In this document: one piece after another, positions 38,105-50,510 of the stretch | Layout of the letters: every line of letters begins with the position of its first letter | Position numbering within the stretch: position 1 is the stretch's first letter | NCBI GenBank assembly: GCA_973895155.1 | Contig: OZ316898.1 | Span: 19,045,292-19,109,291, forward strand | Direction: 5' to 3' | Source: Marsupella aquatica | Taxonomy: Eukaryota > Plantae > Marchantiophyta | Length of the DNA stretch: 64,000 nt | The notes under the pieces: generated by a model | The model's database searches: none | What the model was told of the DNA's origin: nothing | Seen by the model: only the letters and a program-made list of their open reading frames with translations | Program-made: the position numbers and the translations under genes

Positions 38105-39255
38105 ATGTCTTCATCTTCTGAGATCTCCACCACAGATTCTTCCTCCTCCGATGAAGATATACCACCTCCTCCTCAACCTCACACGACTGCACCTCCTCCT
38201 CGTGGTCCACCCCGTCAGCTTTGCCAATGTGCCAAATGCGTGGGTCAGCTTTCCCAAAAGTCCTATATATGCACCCAGCATATTGAGAGATATGGACGTT
38301 ACGGACGTCATACAACAGGGGCTTCCTCATCCCATGTGGTAAGTGTTTACGCCTTAGTTTCTACCCTATTTCCACATTGCAATGGTGAAGGTTTTTAATT
38401 TCACACCTCTTGTTGTTTGTTTTGGTTTGGGTGGAATAGGTATCTAGTAGGCCTAGACCTGCGGCATCAGCACCTTATGTCCCATCACAAGGTGTTCTAG
38501 ATGCTATAGGCAATGCATTCTCACAAGCCTTGGGTCTAGCAACAGCCCCCTCCAGTCCTAGGGCAGTTGGGGGTGAGCCTGTTGTCCCAAGAGGGAGAAA
38601 GCGTTCCAAGAGACGGCCCCGAGGGGATACTGATTTGTACAAGGCAGTGGTTACCGGTAGGTGGGGTGATTGTGAGTTTACTGGCAGATGTGTTCCTATC
38701 ATCAAGGACTGGGATCCCCAGACTCTTGGTTTGCCACAAGAGCTTTCCTATGGTGAGGAGGTAGAAGTTTGGGGAAGACGTTGGGTTATCAAACCTTCCA
38801 CACTTGGGGATAGACATGGCTATGGAGTTTTTGCTTGTGAAGACATCATTGTGGATACCGAGAGTGGTAGTGGTGGACGCGGTCGAGAAGGACCTACGTT
38901 GTTTCCTTATGGTGGACCCATCTACAAGAGAAGACATTGGAACATGATCCTTGCACAACATCCTGAGTGGAAGACTTATGCCTTGGAGTTAGATACTTTT
39001 GATGGAAACACTAGGAGGTATAGTGAGCAGCGGGTGATAGATGGGGACCCCATACGAACTGGGAATATAGCTGGTTTCATAAACAGTACTGTGGGGACTC
39101 GCCCCAAGCGTAGGCAAAATTGTGAGTGGGTTTTCATTGAGGGTCCTCCACCAGCCCCTTATGGCCAGACATATCATCATGACCATTGTCTGGTTGTAGC
39201 TACTAGGACCATTCACTCAGGTGATGAGTTGTTTACTCACTATGTGTGGGATTAG
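38105..39255 (+). CDS. Transposon-encoded SET-domain protein, alternative isoform sharing TnpD exon 1 (~349 aa)
   Basis: Exon 1 (38105-38338, phase-0 GTAAGT donor) joins in frame to the AATAG acceptor at 38440 and stays open to TAG at 39255. SET motifs: KPSTLGDRHGYGVFACEDI, PYGG, IDGD...GNIAGFINS and VATRTIHSGDELFTHY. NLS-like RGRKRSKRRPR precedes the domain. Confidence 0.85.
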
Positions 39256-42200
39256 AAAATGACCATACACATGGCGTTTGGCCACATTTTGTATTTACAC
39301 CAGTACCGATATTATTTCATGTTTGCACACCCCCCATATATTCTTCTACATGTTGTAACTATTTGCTTTGTAACTTTCAATTGTTTGCATTGTTTTTAGA
39401 ATGTGCGACCCTCTCAAAATATGTTACCGCGGAGATTGAGAGCAGCATATCAGGAAATGGGTATGCCGAAAGAAGGACAAGGCTCTGAGTCACATTCCTC
39501 ATCAAGTGACAGTGGAAGCAACAACCCTGATCGCAATGTACCCAGAACATATGAACAGGTTATTGATGACCAAGATAGAGCCATGGATGATTTTATGGTT
39601 GATTGGTTTGGTGTTGACGTCCCTGGTGATGATGCTGAGGTGTCTGCTGATCAAGGAGGTCATGTGCCCCCCAATGATCCACGACCAAGACATACCCCCG
39701 AGGGACAGCGCCAATGGGAGGAAGCAGAGGAACATGCCCGAACTCCTATCTATGAGGGTGCTCGTTTGAGTCGTCTTTCTGCTATCTTGGGGTTGATGAA
39801 TCTACAGGCCAAACACAAGGCAAGCAATGCCTTGTTATCTGATATGTTTGCACTTTGCCATGACCTTATGTTACCTTCTGGCAATGTGTTGCCAGGAACT
39901 TGGAAGGAGGCCAAGCGTGTTCTCTCATCAATTGGCATGGAATATCATATCATTCATGCATGTGTGAATGATTGCATGTTATTTCATGGGGCCGATGAGA
40001 AGAAGACACAGTGTACTGAATCTCATGAGCCACGGTATGACCCCAACATGATTACAAAGAAGGTGCCAAGAAAAGCTGTTCGTTGGTTTCCCATCATTCC
40101 TCGGTTGTTGCACATGTACAGGTGTTCTGATTTGGCAGAGTTGATGGTATGGCATAAGACTCATCGATCAGAGCCTGGTGTTATGCGGTTGCCAATTGAC
40201 TCTCCTGCAGTCAAACATATTGAGGAAACATGGCCAGACTTTGCACATGATCCTCGTCATGTGAGGTTGGGATTGGCATCTGATGGGGTTAGTCCTCATG
40301 CCCTTGGAGGCAAGGGAAGACCTACATCAGTTTGGCCTGTGGTTGTGATGAATTACAACCTTCCACCATGGCTATCCATGAAGAAGGGGTTCCTCTTGCT
40401 GTCTTTGATTATTCCAGGTCCAAAAAAGGTGAAGAACTTTGACACTTATTTGGCACTATTGATTGGAGAACTCCAAAAACTGTGGGGTGGAGTGTGGGCA
40501 TATGATGGCAGGAAAAATACAGGAGGCATTCCACGTGTATTTAAATTGAGAGGGGTAGTTTGTTGGACAATGCATGACTATCCTGGTAAGATGACTTTTT
40601 GACCATATGCCACCCTTCTTTGATATGCTCTTTAATATACTTGTTTGTCATGTGACAACCCTAACATTTAGTCTGGTTTTATTTTTGGTGTAACCAGGGT
40701 TTGGCTTTGTCTCTGGATTGCAAACTCAGGGGTACAAAGCTTGCTCCACCTGTGGTCCACAATTGCAAGATATGGCAATTTGGTCCCCATGGCTTAGGAA
40801 GATTGTTTACATTGGGCATACAAAGTTTCTTCCAATGGGGCATGAGATGAGGTCTGACCCACTTTTATTTTCCTCCTTTGACATGCCCCTTGGTGATATG
40901 CGGGAAATTCCGGAACCAACAACTTTTGGGCATTGGAAGTCACTAGCTGATAGGGTGGCAGACCCTGATGATCCCCTCACCTTTGATGGTACTGGGTTGA
41001 CGAGGTGGAGTATACTAGCCAGTTTGCCCTATTGGTCAGAGTTGAAGATCCGCCATCTTTTAGACCCCATGCACATAGAGGGAAATGTGGGGAAGGCGTT
41101 GATAGCTCATTTTTATGGGGAGAAGGACACTAACTTCAGGGAGGCATGTGAAGAGTTGGAAATGCATCCAGATGTATGGGTACAAGTTGATCCTGCCACA
41201 GGTTTGGAACATCGTCCTTCTGCTCCTTGGGTGCTTAGTGTTGGCCAAAGACGTGAATTCCGGAATCGTATAGGGGAGATGCGGTTTCCTACAGGCTATG
41301 GTGCCAATTTGAGGAAAGCTTTTGGGATGGAGGACAATCACAAATGGCCACGGTATCTCAAGACACATGACTATCACCGCTTATTGCAGCATATATTGCC
41401 AGTGGCAATTATAGGGTTGGGGATCAAAGAAGTGCAAGATGCCATTTGGTCATTGGGTCGTTTGTTGAGATGGATATGCTCAAAGGAGATATATGTGGAA
41501 GAGATTCCTGGAATGGAGGTATTGGCAGCTGAGGTGGTTTGCAAGTTGGAGAAGGCCCTCCCTCCTTCCTTCTTTGATTGTCAGGTTCATTTACTTGTGC
41601 ATCTTGTGAGGGAGGTTGCCATTGCTGGTCCAGTTCATTGTCGATGGATGTACTGGCTTGAGCGTTACATGTCAATCTTGAAGGCTTATGTACGTAACCG
41701 TGCACGAGTGGAGGGAAGCATAGCTACAGGATACTTGGCTGCAGAGAGCATGTTTTATTGTAGTAACATCTTGGCCACCATTGATCGGACTTTACCACGT
41801 ACTTGGATGGAGGAGAGGCAAGAGGAGGAGGACCGTTTAACAGGAGCAACAAAAACACGCATGCTTACATCAACAGAGTGGACACAGTTGAATACATTCA
41901 TGTTGAGTAATAGCAATGTCATGGATGAATGGAGGGAGTTTTATGACAATGCCAAAAGAATGAGTCAAAGGGCAAGGATTTTTCCTAAGTTGCATGAGTT
42001 TATGAAGGAAAAGTTGGTTGAGTTGGATGGCATTTTGGCACAAGGAGGAGATGTCTCACAGTTTCCTACTATGACAAATGACATTCGGACCATCGTTCAT
42101 GGCCCTTTGAGAGTGGTAACATCCAAGACGGCCATGTGGACCCAAGGGAGACACTTTAGGTTTCACTAGTTCCTAACCTTGTTTTCCATATTCATGTACT

Positions 42201-42817
42201 ACTACTTAAGATATAGTAATCATTTTACTTAAGATAAGTGTGTTTTTCTCTTTTGGTATGAAAGGTTCCTCATAACATGATTAGTGTTTTTTGTGTAGTA
42301 GTAACAATATATGGGTCTTGTTAATTTCGGGATTTCTTCCCTTGATGAGAAGAGGGCTCGTACTTTTGATTGTGGAGTTCAAGGGCAGTTTTGTCAGGAC
42401 TCCCGGAGTAGCCGACATGACAGGAACATTGTTCGTGATGTTGTGCCACACTATGGGAAGATAGAGGAGATTTTGGTGGTCTCATTTGACAACCAATCTA
42501 AGTTTGAGGAGTATGTCTTCAAGTGCAAGTGGTTCAAAGTGAACCTTGTTGGTAATAATCGCACTGTACTCCAAGATGAGAGTGGGTTTACACGGTTGAG
42601 GACAAGTGCCACTAGTTTTCAAGCATCTCATTGGCAAACGTCAGAGCCATTTACTTTCCCATCTCACTTGGAGCAATGTTTCTACGTTCCATACCCCTTA
42701 GACCCAGAGTGGTCACTTGTCATCACATATGTGCCACGGTCTCGTTCCATTGTTTCAGACAAGCCAGACACTATTTTTGTGTCAGATGTAGAGGACATTG
42801 AAGGTGACCAAGTGTGA
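38105..42817 (+). CDS. CACTA TnpD transposase, 4 exons, ~1122 aa (last acceptor mutated to CGG)
   Basis: Exons are 38105-38338, 39400-40585, 40698-42159 and 42331-42817 (3369 nt, in frame). Contains an N-terminal CxCxxC...H motif, Transposase_21-type motifs (RLGLASDG, YNLPPW, HDYPG), DUF4218-type motifs (PPSFFD..VHL..HL...GPVHCRWMYWLER) and a DUF4216-type region (YGKIEEI...FKCKWF). Confidence 0.93.
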
Positions 42818-44624
42818 GAGACACTTATGGATATTTAAACCAAAAATCTATATCATGGATTGTTCATGTTGTTTCTTAATTAATATTTCATACACCATTA
42901 GTGTGGTAGGTATTTTCATTTTGGACTCCTACTTTCAAAAGAGGTCATGCATATAAGTGACATGGGTACTCCCTCCCTTATCCCTCCTCCCTCTTTGAAC
43001 CCAAACTCTCCTTCCTCTTCCAAAAACTCCATAGCTTTTTCTCCTCCCTCCCTCTTCGCTAAAGTCTCTCCTATTTTTAGTAAACCCTCTTTGGACTCCC
43101 TTCTTCCTCCGTCCCTCATCCACCTTCCAACTCCCTTCCTCCCTCTTTCACCTTTCACCTCCCTCCCTCCTCCTCCCCCATTCAAACTCTAACCTAGATG
43201 CACACACAAGTCTAACATAAACGTTTGCGAACTGTTTGCGAAACTAAACAAATCCCAACCAAATCGCAATTATGACATTTAAACCGTTTCTCAATTATTC
43301 CATACTATACGCTTCACTATTTTGCGATATCCAGACCATCCCACCTTTACCATCCATATCGTTTCGCACATTTTCCATACAAACCCATCGCAAATTGTTT
43401 GAAGCTAACCTTTTCGCAAACATCCTCCAATCCTAATTGTTTCGCATCATTAATGTTACCGTGGTTTCGGACTTTTGGAGCGGTCGCGGAGCCTTCGTAA
43501 TGTGTTTTGTAATCTCTGTAGTTTCGCAAACTATTGTGATACAATAAAGTTCGCAAAATGTTTGCGATGCAAATCGCATGGAAGACCAAAGTTGCGATAC
43601 CACAAGTATCGCAAATTGCGATGCGTATTGAGTCATCAACGGTTTGAAGCATCTGGAATCGCAAACGTGTGTCCGGACTCAAATGAGCTTCGCAAAAGGG
43701 CAAAATATGTTGTAGTGTAATCAGCCCAGATCTCCCTTTCCCCCCTTCCCTGCTGTAATTAGGTAATTATTCTAAAAAGAGAGGTAAAGTATCAAAACCA
43801 TAAAATTTTAAAATTTTAAAGTTTTTATAAGCCCCTTTAAGCAAAATTAAGTTAGTATAAGCTCAAATGGGTAAGGGTACCATTGGAAGACGTCAATGCC
43901 ACCCTGGTTTTCACATAGTAAGCATCAAGACGGCAAGAGTTGAATGAAGCTTCAAAAATGAGGTGACGGCCTGGACGGCCTCCTCGCAGGGACGACCAGG
44001 ACGGCGCCGTCCTGGACGGCCTCCTCACAAAGATGGCGAAGATGGCGCCGGCTTGGACGGCTTCTACACAAGGACGGCCGGGACGGCACCCATTTTTTGC
44101 CAAGGACGGCCGACTCCTTCCACGCCGGCCTGCGTGAAAAACTTGAGGACGTCTTGGACGGCCTCCACGTAGGGACGTCCGAGATGTCCACCCCGTCACG
44201 ACCTAACTTGACGTCCGCCCCGGCCAGAGCCTTTTTTCTCCATTTTGAGGGACGTCCATGGCGGCCGGCAGTAGGGCGCAAGCTTCGACCCTTAGTACTC
44301 ACTTGTTAGACCACCATTCAAGCTTGTTTCAATTGCTATAGCAGCGCAACTTCCTAGAGAATGTTCACCCCGATTTTGAACTGCCATTGATGAGACGTTG
44401 AGGAGTATTGGGTCATCGATGCTCTCTGATTTCTTGGAATTGAAGAAATTGCAATTTCGAGAGCTTCGCTTGATCAAAACTCCTTCATTTCTATCTCTTT
44501 TCAGCTCATTCCTTCTCCCACAGCAGTGCAGCTACCTTAGATCCCTGAGATTGCATTCTTGAGCCTCAATGCTTAGCCATTTTTAGGAGGAGAGCTCTCG
44601 AGCCTTCTCAGATTTTCTGAGTTA

Positions 44625-46491
44625 TGGCCACCAGAAGCTTACCAATTAGTAAGGCCATTAGGGTGACCTTACCCCTAGGTCCTAAGGCTTACTTTAGACT
44701 CCTTAGTAACCTGGTAGAGATGGGCTTGAGTTCCTTACTTTTTCTTCCTTGGGATATGGTGCATGGGTCCATCATTGCCGATTTTCTTCGTCCACCCTGA
44801 GCTGGCGCTTTCCGGAGTTCTACTAGAGGTTCAGCTGATGTGTGTACCACCGCCGTTGTTTCTGAGGTGTACCAGTTGAGCTAGGAGGGAGAGAGACTGA
44901 TTTCTGTTGGGGAGGACTTGACTGTCCCCTACTTTAGAGGTACCAGGAACCGGAGGTCTGGTTGGAAGATTGATCAGTGCAGGAACCAGGAGTTAGCTCA
45001 TCTACTCTGATTCCTTCTACCTATCTTTCATCCGACCAAACCCACCAGGGCTATGGTTTACTTGACCAGCTCTATCATCGTATCATGGACCGGCAAGAGG
45101 AGGATCAACTGGGCCCTAGCTCTTTCGGAGGTGATCGCCAAGCAAGTGGCTGTCCTGTCTACTACCGGTGATACATATCTGACACCCTACTTGGTGCACA
45201 TTTACTTTTCGAGAGGCTGCTTGTTACTAGTGGAGCTGAGCAATTGGAGGAGGAGAGCGAGACACTTTGAGCTACCTCAGCCAGAGTTAGCGAGAGAGTT
45301 GACTCCACCACCGACGACATCTCCAAGACCCCCTCCAATGGAGCAGACGACAGCACCAGATTTACCAGGGATGACTTCTCCCTCTTTTGTTGCTTCCACT
45401 TCTTACCCGTCATGGACTGATTTTGTTGGTGATGTTGAGCGACTAGCTAGTGTGGTTGGTTTCAACCAGCATTTGGTAGATGAGGCCACTAGACTCTTGA
45501 GTTGTACCCCTCCACAGTTACTTGACAGTATTCGTGCTTTGCTTTCCGAGTCTCGTACCGCCCCACCCCCTCATGTTTCACCCCTTGCACCTTCACCACA
45601 GCCTGATCACCCTATGGATGTGGATGAGCCGGAGGTACCTATTGCTGATCCTTCACTCCCTCCTCCCTCCTCACCTACACCCCCTTTGTACCTGATCCCA
45701 TTCTTTCCCCTATTCTCGATTCCCCTATCCCTCCTACATTTACACCTGAGCATCCTCCATCTTCTACCCGTGAGCCTTTACCCCCTTCACCAGTACCCCC
45801 TCCAGATCCATTTCCCTCCATTGAGGATACCACCCTATCACCCCTTGATGATTCATTTCCCTCTCCTACCAGGGAAGGAAATGAACCCATCCATGAGCCT
45901 ATTCCCGAGACTGAGCCTAAGCCTAAGACTGTAGAGCCTCCCAGTGTACCATTTATAGCTCCTACTCCTTTGATGTCTCAGCCTCCTATTGTCTCTTCTG
46001 TTGCCGATATTGAGCCTCTTTTCGTCTTTCCCGCCTAGTTTGATAGGATGATTACGTCACTCATCGACGCACGCACTCCTCTTGCACCTCCTTTACCTCC
46101 ACTTATGTTTGGTTGTGAGTCTTTCCCTTTTCCACACACCTACGACATGGTTTTGATTTCTCGTGGTATTCTATGGCTGCCTATCGACAAGCTGAGACTA
46201 CCCACGATTGAGACTCCTGACCTTTGGAGTTGGGTTTATCATTGTAGAAAGGTCATTGCACCTTTCCCTCTTCCAGATCCAGACATTCCATGGCCATCAG
46301 ATTACTTTGTTTGGATTGGATCGGATGGACATCCCATTCGGAAGACCAGTGAGCCCCGTTTGATTCGTTACCGTGAGGACCTTTTCCGTCGACAGTATTT
46401 GAAGGGACAGAGGACCAAAGGGAAGATAGCCCTTGGTTATGTAGCTCGCCTCCCTCTACTTGTAGTCAACCCTCCTCCTATTACAATATGA
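44625..46491 (+). pseudogene. Retroelement accessory ORF A (degenerate), paralog of ORF B
   Basis: Reading from the ATG at ~44625 through stops gives LGPKAYF.L...L.EMGLSSLLFLPW...DLTVPYFRGTRNRRSGWKIDQC...INWAL...TYLTPYLVHIY. This is collinear with the 48214 ORF. A Pro-rich middle region follows. Confidence 0.65.
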
Positions 46492-48213
46492 GATTAGTAT
46501 TTTATTTTGTAGACTTTTACTTAGCTTTGACTATTTGACTATCCCTTAGTCAAAGTTGACTTTTATTTTACTCAGTTTAGACTTAGGAAATGAAGAGGCA
46601 TGTCTCTTCATTCTCCTTAGCCCGTGGACGATCTCCTGTACTTATTGTGATACCGGTCTCATTTTGAGATAGTGTGGATAGTTATTTGCATCTCCTCATC
46701 TTGGAGTTTTGTCCCTTGTACGTGTAATACAATTTTGCAAGGAAGATTTGCATACCTTGGAATTTGATTACTTGTGCTAGGAGTTTACCCCTCCTTCGTA
46801 TGGTAATGCATGTTGCAATTATCGTAAGAAGTAAAACCCATAAAAATACAGTTTGTGGAATGTATTAGAAGATCCGTTGGTCGGTGCCTAATCCAAACTA
46901 CAACATTTGTTATCCATTTCTATATTTACATGAAGGACTTATCTTTGGAAGATAAGTATTGCATGAAATCAAGGAATAGAAATCTATATGATTAAGAAGT
47001 AGCGACATTCTTAATTCATGGATTTGAAGTACCATTGTGGTATACTGAATGTGCATTAGTTTTCCGTTGGAATTGCGCATTGCTGAAGAAGGAAACATGT
47101 TTCCGGCATTTTAATGACACACTACTATACACACAATCCAAAACTTATCTTGGGTTTTGTGAGCATAGACACTTCTTAAACTTAGATTTATGATAGAAAC
47201 CTAGAGAGAAGTTATAGCAAGGTTATGTTTGACTTATCAACGTCTTAAATACTGCCATAGCTCTTTCTTAAGACATGGTGACGGAGTTAAATATTGCTAA
47301 ACTATACCTCTAAAAGCTCTAAGATTCTATTATTCAGCAGATGTCACTTTTGTTCCTATTTTTTAATTGTCTGTGTTTTATTTAAGATTCTATTTTTCTT
47401 ATAGATGTTGAGTACCATCTCTAAACCACTCAAAACACTTTAAAACATCTTTTCATCCCATTCTTGTTCTTCCAAGGAAACGAACACTGAGTTTTTAGCA
47501 TATATTCGATGATATTTTCTTTGGTTAGTATACAACACCTGCTCTGTCGTGGGCCATCGCTTCGGTCCTGGGAGATTCATTTTTTGGGCAGGACCCCTCT
47601 CAGGCACAACCCTACAAAGGGGAAACTATGACCCGGGAGTGGGAGCCCCGATGGCCTGATTGCTACCCTCTCAAACCCAAGTTCAAACCCCCACCCATTT
47701 TGCCTGCCCCTCGACACCTCTCAAACGGAGATCGGGGTTTTTCTGTAGGGCATACGATTTTGCTCATTGTAAGTAGTGGGTATTTCCAAAATCATGAAGA
47801 AACTGAAAATTTTTAAATTTTTTATGGGGTTTAACCTCTAATTGTTGATAACAGAACGGAGATAGCATTCTGTCTACAAGTTACGGTTCCCAAGTTTAAA
47901 GTAAGTTTATGAGTAAACTCCTGTTACGAGTTTACTAGTTACTAGTTACGAGTTACGGGGTTGCGACAGTATACTAGTTACGAGTATGCTAGTTACGACT
48001 TACTAGTTAGGGCTTTACGAGTTGTGCCTTACGAGTTGGCGACCGATGATCGCGACGTCTTACGGCTACTTCCAACGGGACTTAGCAATGGGATGGCGAA
48101 CGCGAATTGAAGAAAAGGCAAATTAGACTTCGGGCGCTCACTCCTGACTTAATTCCTGCCACCTCTGTTGATTCTACCAGCTTCCCCACTCCTTAGCGCA
48201 CTCAACATAACGG

Positions 48214-50133
48214 ATGAGAGCTATGGCGAACCTCGGCATTGATGAACAGTACCGAGTTGACACTCTGGCAATTCCTAAGAGCATAGTCGCCCAAATTCCA
48301 CAAGCGCCCGATAGCTATGCAAATTTACGGACTTCCTTACAGCAGCTAGGTTTGGAGCATCTACTTGCCATTCCTTGGGAAGTAGAGCTCGACACATATT
48401 TGCAAGATTTTGTAAAGGGGTCAGTGCTTGCTCCTGAATTTCGACGGACTATTCGAGCTCGACCCAGCTTATGGACTGTGGAACAAATTGCTTATGCCTT
48501 CCGCTGCCCTTCAGAAGGAGAAGGATTGTATTCGAAGAAGAAAGACTTATCTACACCTTACTTCTCTGGGACTCGCAATCTCACCAATGGCTGGAATTTA
48601 ACACAGTGTATTTATCCAGATTTGAGAGTGCTTCTGGAATTTCTAGTACCCATTTTACACCCGAAGAAGCCAACCATCTGTCCAGTGGCTTTGGTGAATA
48701 CAATTGTAGCTACACACAGTGGATCTGTCCAGGTGAATTGGGCCCTGCTAATTTTCAATGTGATGAAGGATCAGGTGAGGACCATGAAGGCAGATAGACC
48801 CACTCATCTACAGATTTATTTGTCTCAACTGAGCTATCATGCTTATGATTGTTTATATCCAGAGGAGAAACGGAAAGAGGGCTGCTCCTGATTGAGTTAG
48901 GCATTGAAGAAGACCTAAGTATGGAAGAACCAGTGGATGCTGTTCCCCTGGATTCTCATGATCAGAATGTGGATGCTGAGATGGAATTAGATAGGACACC
49001 TGCTCATAACTTAGAGCTGGTTCAACACCCTCTGCATAACGTGGTGTATTCACCAAGAGTTAATATGAGAGATCAACCTGGAGCTGGAGAAGACAGAGAT
49101 TCTCCTGAGCAATCAGCCGACGTTGCTGAACTGGCTCTTGCAACTGTCAACCTAAGGACCAACTCCTCCACACCTCCGAAAGCAAAAGCGAATCAGCAAC
49201 TCATTGATAAGTTGACATCTCTTCTTAGTTGCAGTGATGATGGTCTTTTCGATGCTGTCAATGATTTAAGAATGGAAGCTGTCAATTTGAAGTCACCATT
49301 CCCTGACCAGTTAAGCCCTATCAGGATGACCTCTCCTCCAGGAGAGTCAACACCAGTCTACCCAAACCCCCAGGAATGCTACTATCGAAAGCAGGTACCC
49401 TAGACGTCCTGAGTCAGAAGTGCACAGGTATGCCACCACTTGCAAAATAATGCAGGCCAACGGACCACCGGTTGGAGAGTTCTGGAGATACTACTATCTA
49501 AAGAAGACTGAGGCAAGCTACATCTTCGATCTTAGGTGTCTTGGTACTTCTAGAGTGGAAATGGCACAATTTGATGAGTTCTGGATTGACTCAATATACT
49601 TTCGGCCTATTCTTGCTATGATGCTACTCCAAGGTGATGTAGAGGTCGAGGATCCAGACTTAGTTCTGGCATACTTTGGAAACTTTGCAGCCTATGCCTT
49701 GGATTTTGTGGTTTCCTTCCTGATGCAGAGCAAGAAGTCTACTGCTCTACAACACGATTACATACCACAAGGACCCAAGGTTACCCTTGTTTCAACCAGT
49801 ACATTGGCTGAGAAACAGAGGATCTGGAATAATGTCACTTCTCAAACTCTAGCTGAATTCAACCAATACTTCAGAGATGTCAGATGGAGACTTCGACCCT
49901 TCTATTCCAGGATGATGAGTAGTGATGAGTTCCTGTTTCATTATCCCCAAGTGTATGCTGCTACCTGCAATAACTATGATGTGATCGGGATGTACAGAGA
50001 AGCTCTTCGTATAGATTCATGTTATTTGATGAAGAGGATGCCTTTGATGTATCCTGAGAGACAATTGAGGTGCCTACCATACTCCAGAGGATCCCCACGC
50101 CAAGCTGAACTGATGGAGGTTACTCAAAACTGA
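48214..50133 (+). pseudogene. Retroelement accessory ORF B (three fragments: 48214-48891, 48849-49403, 49420-50133)
   Basis: LQQLGLEHLLAIPW...IRARPSLWT...DLSTPYFSGTRNLTNGW...FLVPILHPKKP...VNWALL. Adjacent ORFs are separated by frameshifts or stops. It lies upstream of the LTR-like segment and PBS. Confidence 0.65.
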
Positions 50134-50510
50134 ATTGTTACCCTTGTGGAGTTGCTGGAACCAGACGACATCCGACAGCAAGCTTGAAGAAGTCTTTAAG
50201 TGTTTTTAGTTAAGTTTAGGAGTAATGCCTCTTATCTGATTTTTATAAATGTGTTCTAAGGCTTTCGAAGCTCTCATACTTCCTCAGTGTATAGTCTGTA
50301 CCTAGGAAAACCTGCTGGAAAAATCTTAGAGTTTTCTGACTTATAGTTAGGAAGTTAAAAATAGTTGAATTCCCTAAGTCTTTAACAATATCGCATTACG
50401 AGTTACTAGTTTCCGATTACGAGTTAATAGTTTACTAGTTACGAGTTCATACTTAGCCATTTTTCCGGCTTTTCACTTATTGAATCGCCATTTTAATTTT
50501 TTGAGGGGTA

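Larger units (their letters stand above)
34064..43717. mobile_element. Full-length CACTA (En/Spm) DNA transposon, 9654 bp
   Basis: TIRs are CACTACAACA (34064) and TGTTGTAGTG (ending 43717), with a shared subterminal CCCTTTTGCGAA. 3-bp TSD TAA at 34061-63 and 43718-20. Dense TTCGCAA/TTGCGAA subterminal repeats. Encodes TnpD, a TnpA-like protein and a SET exon. Confidence 0.97.
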
